A stretch of DNA of 64,000 bases from an uncultured Candidatus Saccharibacteria bacterium (GCA_964634305.1 CAZWLE010000004.1:35059-99058); one strand, 5' to 3'. Positions 52,547 through 62,603 are shown, counted from the first letter of the stretch. Notes: a model not told the origin generated them from the letters alone. Numbers and translations are program-made.

Positions 52547-52726
52547 ATGGACGGTGCTGACCGACCAGTAGAGGAACCAACCCTCAGTAAGAATCCTGAG
52601 CCAATCTTTCTACCGTTTTCCCGCGAACATCTCGATGCCACTGTGTATGGCTATGAGCGGGTTGAGCGTGAACGTACGCAACAAGAAGCGTACCTGAAAC
52701 AGCTGTTGGCTCTGCTGTTCTTCTGA
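52547..52726 (+). CDS. Small hypothetical protein (59 aa) absent from the ORF track
   Basis: ATG lies 7 nt downstream of GGAGG. The translation is MDGADRPVEEPTLSKNPEPIFLPFSREHLDATVYGYERVERERTQQEAYLKQLLALLFF. A strong hairpin follows. Confidence 0.4.
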   Translation: MDGADRPVEEPTLSKNPEPIFLPFSREHLDATVYGYERVERERTQQEAYLKQLLALLFF

Positions 52727-52729
52727 GGA

Positions 52730-52760
52730 CAGGCCCGCACGCACGTGCGGGCCTGTTTCC
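52730..52760 (+). terminator. Rho-independent terminator before ileS
   Basis: The structure is CAGGCCCGCACG-CA-CGTGCGGGCCTG followed by TTTCCTTTT. Confidence 0.6.
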
Positions 52761-52790
52761 TTTTCTCTGAGCCGCCTATAGGATAGGGAA

Positions 52791-55598
52791 ATGGCTGAAA
52801 ACGGGCAGAAATCTGAGCATGCTACGCGCGAGGAAGCGACGCTCGCGTGGTGGCAGGAACAGAAGATTTTTCAAAAGACGCTCGAAAAACCAGCGCCCAA
52901 AGGCGACTACGTCTTTTATGACGGTCCACCATTTGCGACCGGTCTTCCACACTACGGACACATCGTTGCGTCCGTTCAAAAGGATGCGATTCCGCGTTAC
53001 TTCACGATGCGTGGGTACCGCGTACCGCGCATCTGGGGTTGGGACTGTCACGGTCTTCCGATTGAGAACATCGTTGAGAAGGAATTAGGGTTTAAGCACA
53101 AGAAGGACATTAAGGAGTACGGCATCGCAAAATTTAACGAGCGATGTCGAGAACAGGTCATGGCGTACGCTGCCGAGTGGGAGAAGGTGATTCCTCGCAT
53201 CGGACGCTTCGTCGACATGCAGCACCCGTACCGCACCATGGACAAGTCGTTTATGGAAAGTGTGTGGTGGGTGTTTAAGCAGTTGTTTGATAAAGGACTT
53301 GTGTACGAGGACTACCGCTCGATGCACATTTGTACGCGCTGCGAGACGACGCTTTCGCAAGCAGAAGTGTCGGAAGGGTACAAAGACGTAAAAGATATTG
53401 CAGTTACGGTGAAGTTCAAGCTAACGAATGCCGACACGCTCGGTGTGTCGGGTGATGTCTTCATGCTCGCGTGGACAACCACGCCGTGGACGTTGCCGGG
53501 CAATGTCGCACTCGCCGTCGGAAACGATATTACGTACGGTCTCTACGAAAAGGAGGGAGCACAGGTGATTGTGGCTGTAAGCCGCGAAGCAGCGGTAGGA
53601 GTCGATACGCCAACAAAGACCTGGAGGGGAAGTGAGCTCGTCGGTCTTTCATATGAACCACTCTTTGATTACTACGCATCCGACGCTACGCTCAAAAACC
53701 GTGAGAACGGCTGGAAGGTATATGCAGCTGATTTCATCACGGACGATAGTGGTACGGGTATCGCGCATGAAGCACCAGCCTTTGGCGCGGATGACTGGGA
53801 GCTCTTGAAGAAAGAGAATCTTCCGTTTGTGCAGCATGTTGCGTTCGACGGCACGATGAAGCCTGAAGTACGTGACTTCGCGGGTCTTGAAGTGAAGCCG
53901 CGTTCAGATGATGACCGCGAGCGTCTTGGCACCGATATTGCCGTACTTAAGTATCTGCAGGACCACGGCTTATTCTTTGCTAAAGAAAACATCACGCACT
54001 CGTATCCGCATTGTTGGCGTTGCGATACGCCGCTTCTTAACTATGCTACGTCGTCGTGGTTTGTATCAGTCACAAAGATTAAGAACAATCTTCTTGAGAA
54101 CGCGAAGAAAGTTAATTGGTCACCCGCACATATAAAGGAAGGTCGCTTTGGTAAATGGCTCGAAGGCGCACGTGACTGGTCTATCTCCCGTCAGCGTTTC
54201 TGGGCAAGCGTGATTCCACTCTGGGTGTGTGAGCAGTGTAAAGCGCAGAGAGTATTTGGTAGCGCTGCTGAACTTGAAGAAGCGAGTGGAACGAAGATAG
54301 ATGACCTCCATAAGCACATCGTTGATGAGGTGACGGTCTCCTGTTCCTGTGGAGGCGTGATGCACCGCATTCCTGATGTTCTTGATACCTGGTTTGACTC
54401 CGGGTCTATGCCGTATGGCTCGCGTCACTACCCGTTTGAGAACAAAAAAGAATTTGATGCGGTGTTTCCTGCACAGTTCATTGCGGAAGGTCTCGACCAG
54501 ACGCGCGCCTGGTTCTACTACCTGCATGTATTGGCAGGCGGTCTCTTTGGTAAGAGCGCGTTCCAGAACGTCATCGTGAACGGCATCGTGCTCGCAGAAG
54601 ACGGTCGCAAGATGTCTAAGAAGCTCAATAACTACCCAGACCCGATGCAGGTAGTAGAGCGATACGGTGCTGACGCGCTCCGCTTCTACCTCCTCTCATC
54701 ACCGGTCGTACAGGCAGAGAACCTCGCGTTTTCAGAAGCGGGTGTCGACGAAGTAGCGAAGAAGAACGTCGGACGCATGATGAACGTCCTCGCGTTCTAT
54801 CAGCTCTATGAAAACGATACGGCGCCGTCAGATAAGAGCCAGAATATCCTCGACCGCTGGTTGCTTGCGCGCCTTAATGAGTTGGTACACGAGACGACAA
54901 ACGGCTATGAACGCTATCAGCTTGATAGTGCGACACGTCCACTCTCACTCTTTATTGATGATGTGTCGACGTGGTATCTGCGTCGTTCACGTGACCGGTT
55001 TAAGGAAGAAGGGAATGACACTGCAGAGGCGCTTGCGACCATGCGCTACGTACTGCGTACCACTGCAACCGTTATGGCACCTGTCATGCCGTTTCTTGCT
55101 GACGAGCTCTACCGCGCAACACGCACGGATAGTGACCCAGAAAGTGTGCACTTAGCATCGTGGCCAGACGCACAGAAGGCATCCTGGCTCGAGTCACTCT
55201 TTGCGAAAAAGAGCACACTGGTCGCTGACATGCAGCGCACGCGCACGCTTGCGTCCGAAGCACTCATGCTTCGGCAGAAAGCGAATGTGAAAGTACGCCA
55301 ACCACTCGCGTCGCTCTCTGTCCCTGGCACGCTTTTCGCTGAACTCTCAGCGATACTCGCTGACGAGGTAAATGTACGAGAGATACGTGAGAATGCAGCA
55401 GAACTCTCACTTGATACGGCACTTACGCCAGAACTTATCGCTGCTGGTGATGAACGTGAGAAAGCACGTGCAGTTGCCGATGCGCGTAAGCAACTAAATC
55501 TCTCACCAAAAGATACGGTGACCGTAGCGTGGGGAAGTGGTCCGTACTCGGTCGAACTCTCGAGCGGTACGGTTGCGTTCTCTGTTACTAAGGTGTGA
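52791..55598 (+). CDS. ileS: Isoleucyl-tRNA synthetase
   Basis: HIGH is PFATGLPHYGHIV and KMSKS is KMSKKLNN. The editing domain and WCISRQR-type motif (WSISRQRFW) are present. The ORF is 935 aa. Confidence 0.9.
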   Translation: MAENGQKSEHATREEATLAWWQEQKIFQKTLEKPAPKGDYVFYDGPPFATGLPHYGHIVASVQKDAIPRYFTMRGYRVPRIWGWDCHGLPIENIVEKELGFKHKKDIKEYGIAKFNERCREQVMAYAAEWEKVIPRIGRFVDMQHPYRTMDKSFMESVWWVFKQLFDKGLVYEDYRSMHICTRCETTLSQAEVSEGYKDVKDIAVTVKFKLTNADTLGVSGDVFMLAWTTTPWTLPGNVALAVGNDITYGLYEKEGAQVIVAVSREAAVGVDTPTKTWRGSELVGLSYEPLFDYYASDATLKNRENGWKVYAADFITDDSGTGIAHEAPAFGADDWELLKKENLPFVQHVAFDGTMKPEVRDFAGLEVKPRSDDDRERLGTDIAVLKYLQDHGLFFAKENITHSYPHCWRCDTPLLNYATSSWFVSVTKIKNNLLENAKKVNWSPAHIKEGRFGKWLEGARDWSISRQRFWASVIPLWVCEQCKAQRVFGSAAELEEASGTKIDDLHKHIVDEVTVSCSCGGVMHRIPDVLDTWFDSGSMPYGSRHYPFENKKEFDAVFPAQFIAEGLDQTRAWFYYLHVLAGGLFGKSAFQNVIVNGIVLAEDGRKMSKKLNNYPDPMQVVERYGADALRFYLLSSPVVQAENLAFSEAGVDEVAKKNVGRMMNVLAFYQLYENDTAPSDKSQNILDRWLLARLNELVHETTNGYERYQLDSATRPLSLFIDDVSTWYLRRSRDRFKEEGNDTAEALATMRYVLRTTATVMAPVMPFLADELYRATRTDSDPESVHLASWPDAQKASWLESLFAKKSTLVADMQRTRTLASEALMLRQKANVKVRQPLASLSVPGTLFAELSAILADEVNVREIRENAAELSLDTALTPELIAAGDEREKARAVADARKQLNLSPKDTVTVAWGSGPYSVELSSGTVAFSVTKV

Positions 55599-56161
55599 GA
55601 CCTCGGTACGGCACTCCCGGTATTGTTCTCGCACGCACTACGCTTGCGGAAGCAAGCGCGCTCGTTTCAATTCTCACGCCAGAATTTGGATTAGTGAAAG
55701 CGCGCGCTCAGGGCGTTAAAAAGCCGGGCGCAAAGCTCGCTCCTGCACTCCAGACGCTTGCGGAGAGCGACATGATATTTGTGCGCGGGAAAGACGGATG
55801 GCGATTGCCGGGAGCGAACCTTGATAAGAACTGGGCGACAGTGCTCGCGCCAGCTGCGCGTCAGCGTGCCGGACGACTCGCACTTCTCATGCTTCGCCTC
55901 ATGCGCGGCGAATCATCAGATGCGGCACCTTATTTCATACTCAAAGGATTTCTTGAAGTACTGCCGACGCTTGATGAAACACATGCAGATGCAGCAGAGA
56001 CGCTTGCGGCACTTCGTATTCTGCGTGCGCTCGGATTTGATGCAGGCACCATGCCAGGCACGGAAGGAGAGTATGACGAGGAGACGCTCACAGCAGTTAT
56101 CGCGGATAGAAAGAACATTATTCTTCGCGTGAATCGTGGTATTGAAGCATCAGGATTGTAG
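55595..56161 (+). CDS. recO: DNA repair protein RecO (short, no zinc finger)
   Basis: The N-terminal OB pattern is GIVLARTTLAEASALVSILTPEFGLVKARAQGVKK. It overlaps the ileS end by 4 nt. Confidence 0.55.
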   Translation: MRPRYGTPGIVLARTTLAEASALVSILTPEFGLVKARAQGVKKPGAKLAPALQTLAESDMIFVRGKDGWRLPGANLDKNWATVLAPAARQRAGRLALLMLRLMRGESSDAAPYFILKGFLEVLPTLDETHADAAETLAALRILRALGFDAGTMPGTEGEYDEETLTAVIADRKNIILRVNRGIEASGL

Positions 56162-56184
56162 CTGCGCGGTATACTACGCACAGC

Positions 56185-58056
56185 ATGCCTGGTACTGAAG
56201 AAGACCCGCTTGAGCGGCTGCGCAGAAAGCTGTACGGAAATAAGGCGGTATCACGTACGCCTGAAGCCGGATTGTCTTCCGTGCAGCCTGGCGCTCCTGA
56301 ACGCTGGAGTGTGCCGCAGCCGGTGCCTGCCGCGCCGCGCAAAATTTCTGGACCCGCACTCTTTCTCGGGATTGCGGTCGGAGTGTTTATCATCGCGGGC
56401 ATTATCTCTGCCGTAACGCTCTATCTTGGGGGTCGTTCCGTGTCTGCCGACCGTGTCGCGATTGCGGTTGAAGGTCCAACAACGGTTGCAGGTGCTGAAG
56501 CGGTGTCGCTCTTGGTCACCATTAAAAACGATAATCCTGTGGCGATTACCGACGTGAGCATGACGCTCATGTTTCCGGACGGCACCACCGAAGCAGGGGA
56601 CACGTCGGTAGCACTCGCGCAGCACACTGAATCACTCGGTGATATCGCCCCCGGAGAAACGGTACGCAGGACGGTGCGCGCTACATTCTTTGGTACGGAA
56701 AATCAGAACGTGAGCATTCCTATTACCGTTGAATACCGGACGAGCAACTCAAACGCGGTGTTTGTGAAGAAGGATACGTATGCGTTTACGATTTCAACTT
56801 CTCCGGTGGGACTTTCAATCACTACACTTTCCGAAGTCATCTCAGGGCAATCTATGACACTCACCGTGCTCGTTCGTTCTAATGCGTCGGCGCCGCTCGA
56901 GAATGTGGCCGTGCGTGCTACGTATCCCCAAGGATTTGTGCCGCAGAGCACGACACCTGAAGCCATACAGGGAAATCTTTTTGTGCTGGGGACGCTACAG
57001 GAAGGCGAAGAACGAGAGATACGGGTGACGGGTACACTTTTAGGACAAGATGGTGATGAGCGCGTATTTCGATTTGAGAGTGGCGCACTTCGCTCCGAGA
57101 GTTCACGCGAGATAGCAACGCCGTACACCGAAAAAGATGCACCGGTTACGGTCGTAAAACCGTTCTTTGCCGTCAATCTCTCGTTAAATGGTAGTAACGA
57201 GCAAGAGGTAGTTGTTGAGGGTGGCGAGCAAGTCTCAGGCTCCGTGCGATGGACGAATGCGCTCTCGTCAGCCATTCGTGACGGTGCCATTTCTATCGCG
57301 CTCTCCGGTGAGGCGCTTGATACCGGTACGATAGTAGCCACCAACGGGTTCTATCGTTCTGCGGACAAAACGATTCGCTATGACCGCGATACCACCCAAG
57401 GCCTCGACCTTCTTAATCCGGGCGACACCGGAAACGGCACGTTCTCATTTATGGTGAAAGACGCTGACGCATTACGTGCGCTCCGTAACCCAACTATTAC
57501 GCTTACCATCTCCGTCGCAGGGCGTCGTATCGGTGAGAACAATGTAGCTGAGAGTGTGAACTCAACTTTGGTACGTACGCTTAAGGTGGCGACTGACGTC
57601 TCCTTTGAAATGGATGCGGTACGTACGGTTGGCCCGTACGAAAACACGGGACCCTGGCCGCCACGTGCTGAAACCGAGAGCACCTATACCATTCGTCTCT
57701 CTGCTGCTAATACCGTGAACTCAGTCGCACGCACGGCTGCAAAAATGACGCTCCCGTCCTATGTTCGCTTTACCGGCAAAAGTGATGCCGGCATTACCTA
57801 CAACGAATCGACTCGTGAGGTCACGTGGACGGTAGGCGACCTTGCGCCAGCCGGCTCAAAAGCAGCTGCCTTCCAGGTCGCGCTCTTGCCGAGTGCGTCG
57901 CAGCAAGGTACAACTCCCGTACTGGTCTCTGGTGCCGTACTTACCGGGTTCGACCGATTTGTGCAGGAGGATGTGCAAGACACTGCTCCCTCGGTCGACA
58001 CTGCGATAAGTGAGGACCCGGCGTATTCGTCCGGAAAGGGGACCGTCACTCCATGA
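56185..58056 (+). CDS. Membrane-anchored surface protein with repeated beta-sandwich (CARDB/DUF11-like) modules
   Basis: An N-terminal TM (LFLGIAVGVFIIAGIISAVTLYL) is followed by a ~540-aa Thr/Val/Ser-rich extracytoplasmic region with several ~100-aa repeats. The gene overlaps the glyQS start by 4 nt. Confidence 0.45.
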   Translation: MPGTEEDPLERLRRKLYGNKAVSRTPEAGLSSVQPGAPERWSVPQPVPAAPRKISGPALFLGIAVGVFIIAGIISAVTLYLGGRSVSADRVAIAVEGPTTVAGAEAVSLLVTIKNDNPVAITDVSMTLMFPDGTTEAGDTSVALAQHTESLGDIAPGETVRRTVRATFFGTENQNVSIPITVEYRTSNSNAVFVKKDTYAFTISTSPVGLSITTLSEVISGQSMTLTVLVRSNASAPLENVAVRATYPQGFVPQSTTPEAIQGNLFVLGTLQEGEEREIRVTGTLLGQDGDERVFRFESGALRSESSREIATPYTEKDAPVTVVKPFFAVNLSLNGSNEQEVVVEGGEQVSGSVRWTNALSSAIRDGAISIALSGEALDTGTIVATNGFYRSADKTIRYDRDTTQGLDLLNPGDTGNGTFSFMVKDADALRALRNPTITLTISVAGRRIGENNVAESVNSTLVRTLKVATDVSFEMDAVRTVGPYENTGPWPPRAETESTYTIRLSAANTVNSVARTAAKMTLPSYVRFTGKSDAGITYNESTREVTWTVGDLAPAGSKAAAFQVALLPSASQQGTTPVLVSGAVLTGFDRFVQEDVQDTAPSVDTAISEDPAYSSGKGTVTP

Positions 58057-59384
58057 CACACGACATACCAACGCTTGAAGATATTGTCTCGCTCGCAAAG
58101 CGACGCGGCTTTATTTATCCCGGCTCCGATATCTACGGTGGCCTTGCGGGTACCTATGACTACGGTCCACTTGGTGTTGCACTGAAGGATAAGGTGAAGC
58201 GTCTTTGGTGGCGCACCTTTGTCGAAGACCCGGAAAACATGTACGGCGTCGACGCAGCGATTCTCATGAATCCAAAGGCATGGGAAGCGTCCGGCCATGT
58301 CTCTGGTTTTAACGACCCTATGGTTGAGTGCTCTGCTTGTAAGAACCGCTTCCGTACTGACCATGTCGAAGATCTTTCGACGTGTCCGTCCTGCAAGAAG
58401 AAGGGAACCCTTGGCGAGTCTCGTCAGTTCAACATGATGTTCCGCACCCAGGCAGGTGCATCAGAGAGCGAGAGCGCGCTCGTATACCTTCGTCCGGAAA
58501 CGGCCGGCGGTATGTTCGTGAATTTCAAAAACATTCTCGACAGCTTCCATCCAAAGATGCCGTTTGGTATGGCGCAGATTGGTAAGGCGTTTCGTAACGA
58601 GATTGCGCCACGTGACTTCACGTTCCGTGTTCGTGAGTTTGAGCAGATGGAAATTGAATACTTTGTTGACCCACGCGACGAGAAGGCGATAGACGCTTCT
58701 TTTGATGAGTGGCATGACGCACAGATGCGCTTCCTTAAGGCGGTAGGGGTCGATGCAGGGAAGCTTCATAAGATTGATGTGCCTGCTGAAGACCGCGCCC
58801 ACTACTCAAAGCGCAGTGTCGATATTGAGTTTGATTTCCCGTTTGGTCAGAAGGAGCTTCTCGGTCTTGCATACCGCACCGACTACGACCTTTCACGCCA
58901 CTCTGAATACTCAGGTACCTCACTCCATTACTTTGATGAAGCAACGGGCGATAAGTTCATCCCGCACGTTATTGAACCAACGTTTGGTCTTGACCGCCTT
59001 ATTCTCGCTATCCTTTGTTCTGCATACGCCGAAGACGGAGAAGGGGAGGACAAGCGTGTGTTCCTCAAGTTGCCGCCAGCAATCGCACCAATACGTGCAG
59101 CAGTATTCCCGCTCTTGAAGAACAAGCCAGAACTCGTTGCGAAGGCACGCGAGGTATACGCCGCACTCAAGGCTGCAGGTATTACGGTTGCATTTGATGA
59201 CAACGGTAACGTCGGTAAACGGTACCGTCGTCAGGACGAAATCGGTACGCCGCACTGCATCACTATCGACTTCGACACCCTTGGCGAGAATCCTGACCTT
59301 CTCGACACGGTCACGGTCCGTGACCGCGACACCGGTGAGCAGCAGCGTATTGTTATCGCTGAGCTCTCAACGCTCCTTCGCTAG
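58053..59384 (+). CDS. glyQS: Glycyl-tRNA synthetase (alpha2 dimeric type)
   Basis: The N-terminus is LAKRRGFIYPGSDIYGGLAGTYDYGPLG. Class II motifs are present. The ORF is 443 aa. Confidence 0.85.
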   Translation: MTHDIPTLEDIVSLAKRRGFIYPGSDIYGGLAGTYDYGPLGVALKDKVKRLWWRTFVEDPENMYGVDAAILMNPKAWEASGHVSGFNDPMVECSACKNRFRTDHVEDLSTCPSCKKKGTLGESRQFNMMFRTQAGASESESALVYLRPETAGGMFVNFKNILDSFHPKMPFGMAQIGKAFRNEIAPRDFTFRVREFEQMEIEYFVDPRDEKAIDASFDEWHDAQMRFLKAVGVDAGKLHKIDVPAEDRAHYSKRSVDIEFDFPFGQKELLGLAYRTDYDLSRHSEYSGTSLHYFDEATGDKFIPHVIEPTFGLDRLILAILCSAYAEDGEGEDKRVFLKLPPAIAPIRAAVFPLLKNKPELVAKAREVYAALKAAGITVAFDDNGNVGKRYRRQDEIGTPHCITIDFDTLGENPDLLDTVTVRDRDTGEQQRIVIAELSTLLR

Positions 59385-59387
59385 CGC

Positions 59388-59786
59388 ATGATGCACATTC
59401 CGTATGCACTTAATGCTTCTCCAATCCATGGAGTAGGCGTGTTCGCTACGACCGACCTCTCTAAGGGAACACTCCTGTATACGCCAAGTCCGCTTCTTGA
59501 TGTAAATCTAACGCAAGAAGAGTTTGATTCGCTCTCGGAAAACGAACAGAAAGAAGTGCAGTGGTGGGGGTTCTTTGATACAGCGACCAACCGCTGGCAT
59601 GTCGATTTTGACGTGACTCACTTTATAAATCACGCGACTAACGCCACGATTACCCAAGATACCGAGTCTAAAGAGACTCGTCTTATTGCTGCACGCGACA
59701 TTAAGGTAGGTGAGGAGCTGACGCAGAATTATCTTGAGTTTGAATCTGAGGAAGATTTGCGGCGTCGTGGCATAGTGCTCGAATAA
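59388..59786 (+). CDS. SET-domain protein (putative protein lysine methyltransferase)
   Basis: The G-rich SAM loop is IHGVGVFA. NHATNAT is the NHSCxPN-type pseudoknot motif. The ELTQNY C-terminal motif is present. The ORF is 132 aa. Confidence 0.55.
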   Translation: MMHIPYALNASPIHGVGVFATTDLSKGTLLYTPSPLLDVNLTQEEFDSLSENEQKEVQWWGFFDTATNRWHVDFDVTHFINHATNATITQDTESKETRLIAARDIKVGEELTQNYLEFESEEDLRRRGIVLE

Positions 59787-59821
59787 CCGCCGCTCTGCGG
59801 CGTTTGTGCTAGTATCCCCGT

Positions 59822-60841
59822 ATGGATAAAGGCCACTCAATCTCTATCTCAACGGGCACCATGGTACGTGTATTGGTTGTTGCTGCGGCTGCCTGGGCCC
59901 TCTGGCAGCTCTCGACCTTGGTACTGCTCCTTCTCTCTGCGGTGGTTATTGCCTCAGCGGTTGAGCCTGGTGTTGAGTTCTTCCTCAAGCGTCGCTTTCC
60001 TCGTGCACTCGCAGTTGTTTCAGTCTATGTGCTTGTGTTGCTCGTGCTTATCGCGCTCGTCTGGGCCTTTATACCGCCACTGCTCGCTGAAACGGTAGCC
60101 GCGCTCGCTATTCTGCCGCAATACGTAAATCAAGTAGGTAATCTGCCGCTTCTCCAGGGTGTAGGGGTCGGACCGTCGACCCTCGACAACATTCTTTCGC
60201 TTCAGACGGCGTTTGCTGACACGGGTGCAGGTGTCTTCCGCTTCATTTCCTCTTTCTTCGGCGGTGTCTTCTACTTCCTACTCACCATTGTTATCTCTAT
60301 TTACTTCTCCTTGCAGGAGACGGGTGTCGATGACTTCCTTCGTCTTATCACGCCTGCCGAGCATCGTGAGTATGTGCAGAACCTCTGGAAGCGCTCCCAG
60401 AAGAAGATTGGTCTTTGGATGCAAGGTCAGCTATTGCTCTCGGTCATCATTACCGTGCTCCTCTATCTTCTCCTTTCCCTCGTTGGCGTTCCGTACGCAC
60501 TTCTCCTCGCTATCTTTGCTGGGGTCATGGAGCTCATACCGGTGTTTGGATCATTTGTTGCCGCAGTACCAGGTATTGTCGTAGCGCTTACGACGGGTGA
60601 CCTTACGCTTGTTGGTATCGTTGCGGCCATTTATCTCATCGTGAATCAGTTCCAGGCACACCTCATCTATCCATTGGTGGTTAAAAAGATTGTGGGTGTT
60701 CCGCCAATCCTTGTGATTATCGCCCTCATTGCTGGTGGTCAGCTCGCGGGCTTCCTTGGCGTCTTGCTTTCCGTGCCTATCGCAGCGTGCGTACAGGAGT
60801 TTGTGAACGACCTTCAGAAGCGTCGTGCTCCTGCTGCGTAG
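59822..60841 (+). CDS. AI-2E family transporter (PerM/YhhT-like)
   Basis: The ORF is 339 aa with 8 TM helices and the ELIPVFGS...P conserved segment. Confidence 0.75.
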   Translation: MDKGHSISISTGTMVRVLVVAAAAWALWQLSTLVLLLLSAVVIASAVEPGVEFFLKRRFPRALAVVSVYVLVLLVLIALVWAFIPPLLAETVAALAILPQYVNQVGNLPLLQGVGVGPSTLDNILSLQTAFADTGAGVFRFISSFFGGVFYFLLTIVISIYFSLQETGVDDFLRLITPAEHREYVQNLWKRSQKKIGLWMQGQLLLSVIITVLLYLLLSLVGVPYALLLAIFAGVMELIPVFGSFVAAVPGIVVALTTGDLTLVGIVAAIYLIVNQFQAHLIYPLVVKKIVGVPPILVIIALIAGGQLAGFLGVLLSVPIAACVQEFVNDLQKRRAPAA

Positions 60842-62278
60842 ATGAAGCGCTATCTCACCACTACGCTTCCGTATGTAAACGCCGACCCTCATATCGGCTT
60901 TGCGCTCGAGGTCGTCCAGGCTGATGCGCTCGCTCGCTCCTGGCGTGCGAAAGGTGATGATGTTTTCTATTTCCTTGGTACCGATGAGCATGGCCAGAAA
61001 ATCTTGCAGGCCGCAGAAAAGGAAGGGAAGCCAGTGAAAGAGTATGTCGACCACTACGCAAATGAAGTAACGAAGCTCGAAGCTGCGCTCCATCTCCAGC
61101 TCGATGGTCATGTGCGCACGACCGACGCTGCGCACTATGTCGCTGCACAGGAGATGTGGAAGCGCTGCGAAGCGGCCGGTGACATCTATAAAAAAACCTA
61201 CACTGGTCTCTATTGTGTGGGATGTGAAGCGTATAAAACGGAGAAGGAACTTGAAGACGGTAAATGTGTGTTGCACCCATCACTCACACCTGAGGAAATT
61301 GCGGAAGAAAATTATTTCTTCCGCTACTCAAAGTATGAGAAGCAGTTGCTCGCCTATCTTTCAAACGAACAATCCATCATCCCTGACTGGAGAAGGGAAG
61401 AGGCTATTAATTTTGTAAAAAACGGATTGGAGGATTTCAGTATTTCGCGTGAACAGCGTCGTCTTTCGTGGGGTGTTCCTGTACCAGGCGACGACAGTCA
61501 GGTGATGTACGTCTGGTTTGATGCGCTCACCAGTTACATCTCAGTACTCGGATGGCCCGAGGATGCAGAAGGACGGTTCCAGACGTTTTGGAATGAAGGA
61601 AAGGTCGTGCAGGTGGCGGGTAAAGACCAAGTACGCTTCCAGTCACTCATGTGGCAGGCGATGCTCTTCTCAGCAGGGATAAAGAATACCGACCAGGTGT
61701 TCTATCACGGCTTTATTAATTCCGGTGGGCAGCGCATGAGCAAATCACTCGGCAATGTTATTAGTCCGTACGAGCTGGTAAAGAAGTACGGTACCGATGC
61801 AACGCGCTACATGCTCCTTCGCCACGTGCACCCGGTTGAAGACTCAGATGTTACTTGGGAGCGTCTTGATGAGTGGTACACCGCAAATCTCGTTAATGGT
61901 CTCGGGAATCTTGTTGCGCGCGTGATGAAACTCGCAGAAGACAATCTTCCTGCACCGGTTGTCCTTACTGATGCTGACCTCACGGTTGAAGAAGCGTTTA
62001 ATACGAAGCTACAGGCATTTGCGTTCAACGAGGCAATGGACCTCGTGTTCGAGCACATAGGGAAGGGGGATGAATACATGACGACCAAGGAGCCGTACAA
62101 GAAAGTGAAAGTTGAAGAGACCAGAGCTGAAGGGGTGGCAGACATCGAGAAGCTCGTACGTCATCTGGCGAAGGTGGCCGTCCACCTTGGTCCTCTTATG
62201 CCAACCACTGCCGCCGCTATCATTGCTGCAGTAAAGGAAAACAAGAAGCCGGAGAATCTTTTCCCGCGGTTGGGATAA
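60842..62278 (+). CDS. metG: Methionyl-tRNA synthetase, short form lacking the C-terminal tRNA-binding domain
   Basis: HIGH is PYVNADPHIGFA, KMSKS is RMSKSLGN, and the zinc knuckle is CVGCEAYKTEKELEDGKC. At 478 aa it ends right after the anticodon-binding domain. Confidence 0.9.
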   Translation: MKRYLTTTLPYVNADPHIGFALEVVQADALARSWRAKGDDVFYFLGTDEHGQKILQAAEKEGKPVKEYVDHYANEVTKLEAALHLQLDGHVRTTDAAHYVAAQEMWKRCEAAGDIYKKTYTGLYCVGCEAYKTEKELEDGKCVLHPSLTPEEIAEENYFFRYSKYEKQLLAYLSNEQSIIPDWRREEAINFVKNGLEDFSISREQRRLSWGVPVPGDDSQVMYVWFDALTSYISVLGWPEDAEGRFQTFWNEGKVVQVAGKDQVRFQSLMWQAMLFSAGIKNTDQVFYHGFINSGGQRMSKSLGNVISPYELVKKYGTDATRYMLLRHVHPVEDSDVTWERLDEWYTANLVNGLGNLVARVMKLAEDNLPAPVVLTDADLTVEEAFNTKLQAFAFNEAMDLVFEHIGKGDEYMTTKEPYKKVKVEETRAEGVADIEKLVRHLAKVAVHLGPLMPTTAAAIIAAVKENKKPENLFPRLG

Positions 62279-62282
62279 ATAT

Positions 62283-62316
62283 TGACTTTTCTTTCAAATA
62301 GTGCTTATATATTTCC
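62283..62316 (+). promoter_or_regulatory. Sigma70-like promoter candidate for the orphan small gene
   Basis: TTGACT, then a 17-nt spacer, then TTATATAT (-10-like), lies about 40 nt upstream of ATG 62357. Confidence 0.4.
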
Positions 62317-62356
62317 GGGTATTGGTGTGGGTATTTTTAAACCTTAGGGGATTTAA

Positions 62357-62596
62357 ATGTCACACCACGAACACTACAGCCTGCGCGAACGCGTCAATCA
62401 ACGCGTGCGCTTCAACCAATGGTGGCGGGACGAGATTGCGTTCCCAAAACGCTGGGACGCAGCTCTCTCGCGGCACACCATTGACCATGCGCTCACGCAG
62501 CAGGCCGAGGTCATGCGGAATCCAGCCGGACGCGTCGCACACGGGCTTACTCCCGTGAGCCACGCGCTCGACCGGGTCATCGCAGGGCTCAAATAA
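62357..62596 (+). CDS. Orphan small basic protein (79 aa, His/Arg-rich)
   Basis: It has its own promoter-like element and a downstream hairpin terminator. It is GC-richer than its flanks. No motif was recognised. Confidence 0.4.
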   Translation: MSHHEHYSLRERVNQRVRFNQWWRDEIAFPKRWDAALSRHTIDHALTQQAEVMRNPAGRVAHGLTPVSHALDRVIAGLK

Positions 62597-62603
62597 AAAG
62601 AAG

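Noticed and set aside
52730-52795. Possible T-box or leader upstream of ileS, and likewise upstream of argS, glyQS and metG
   Set aside because: The spacers are very short (under 70 nt), with no specifier or T-box sequence or antiterminator structure visible. They contain only ordinary terminators or RBS.
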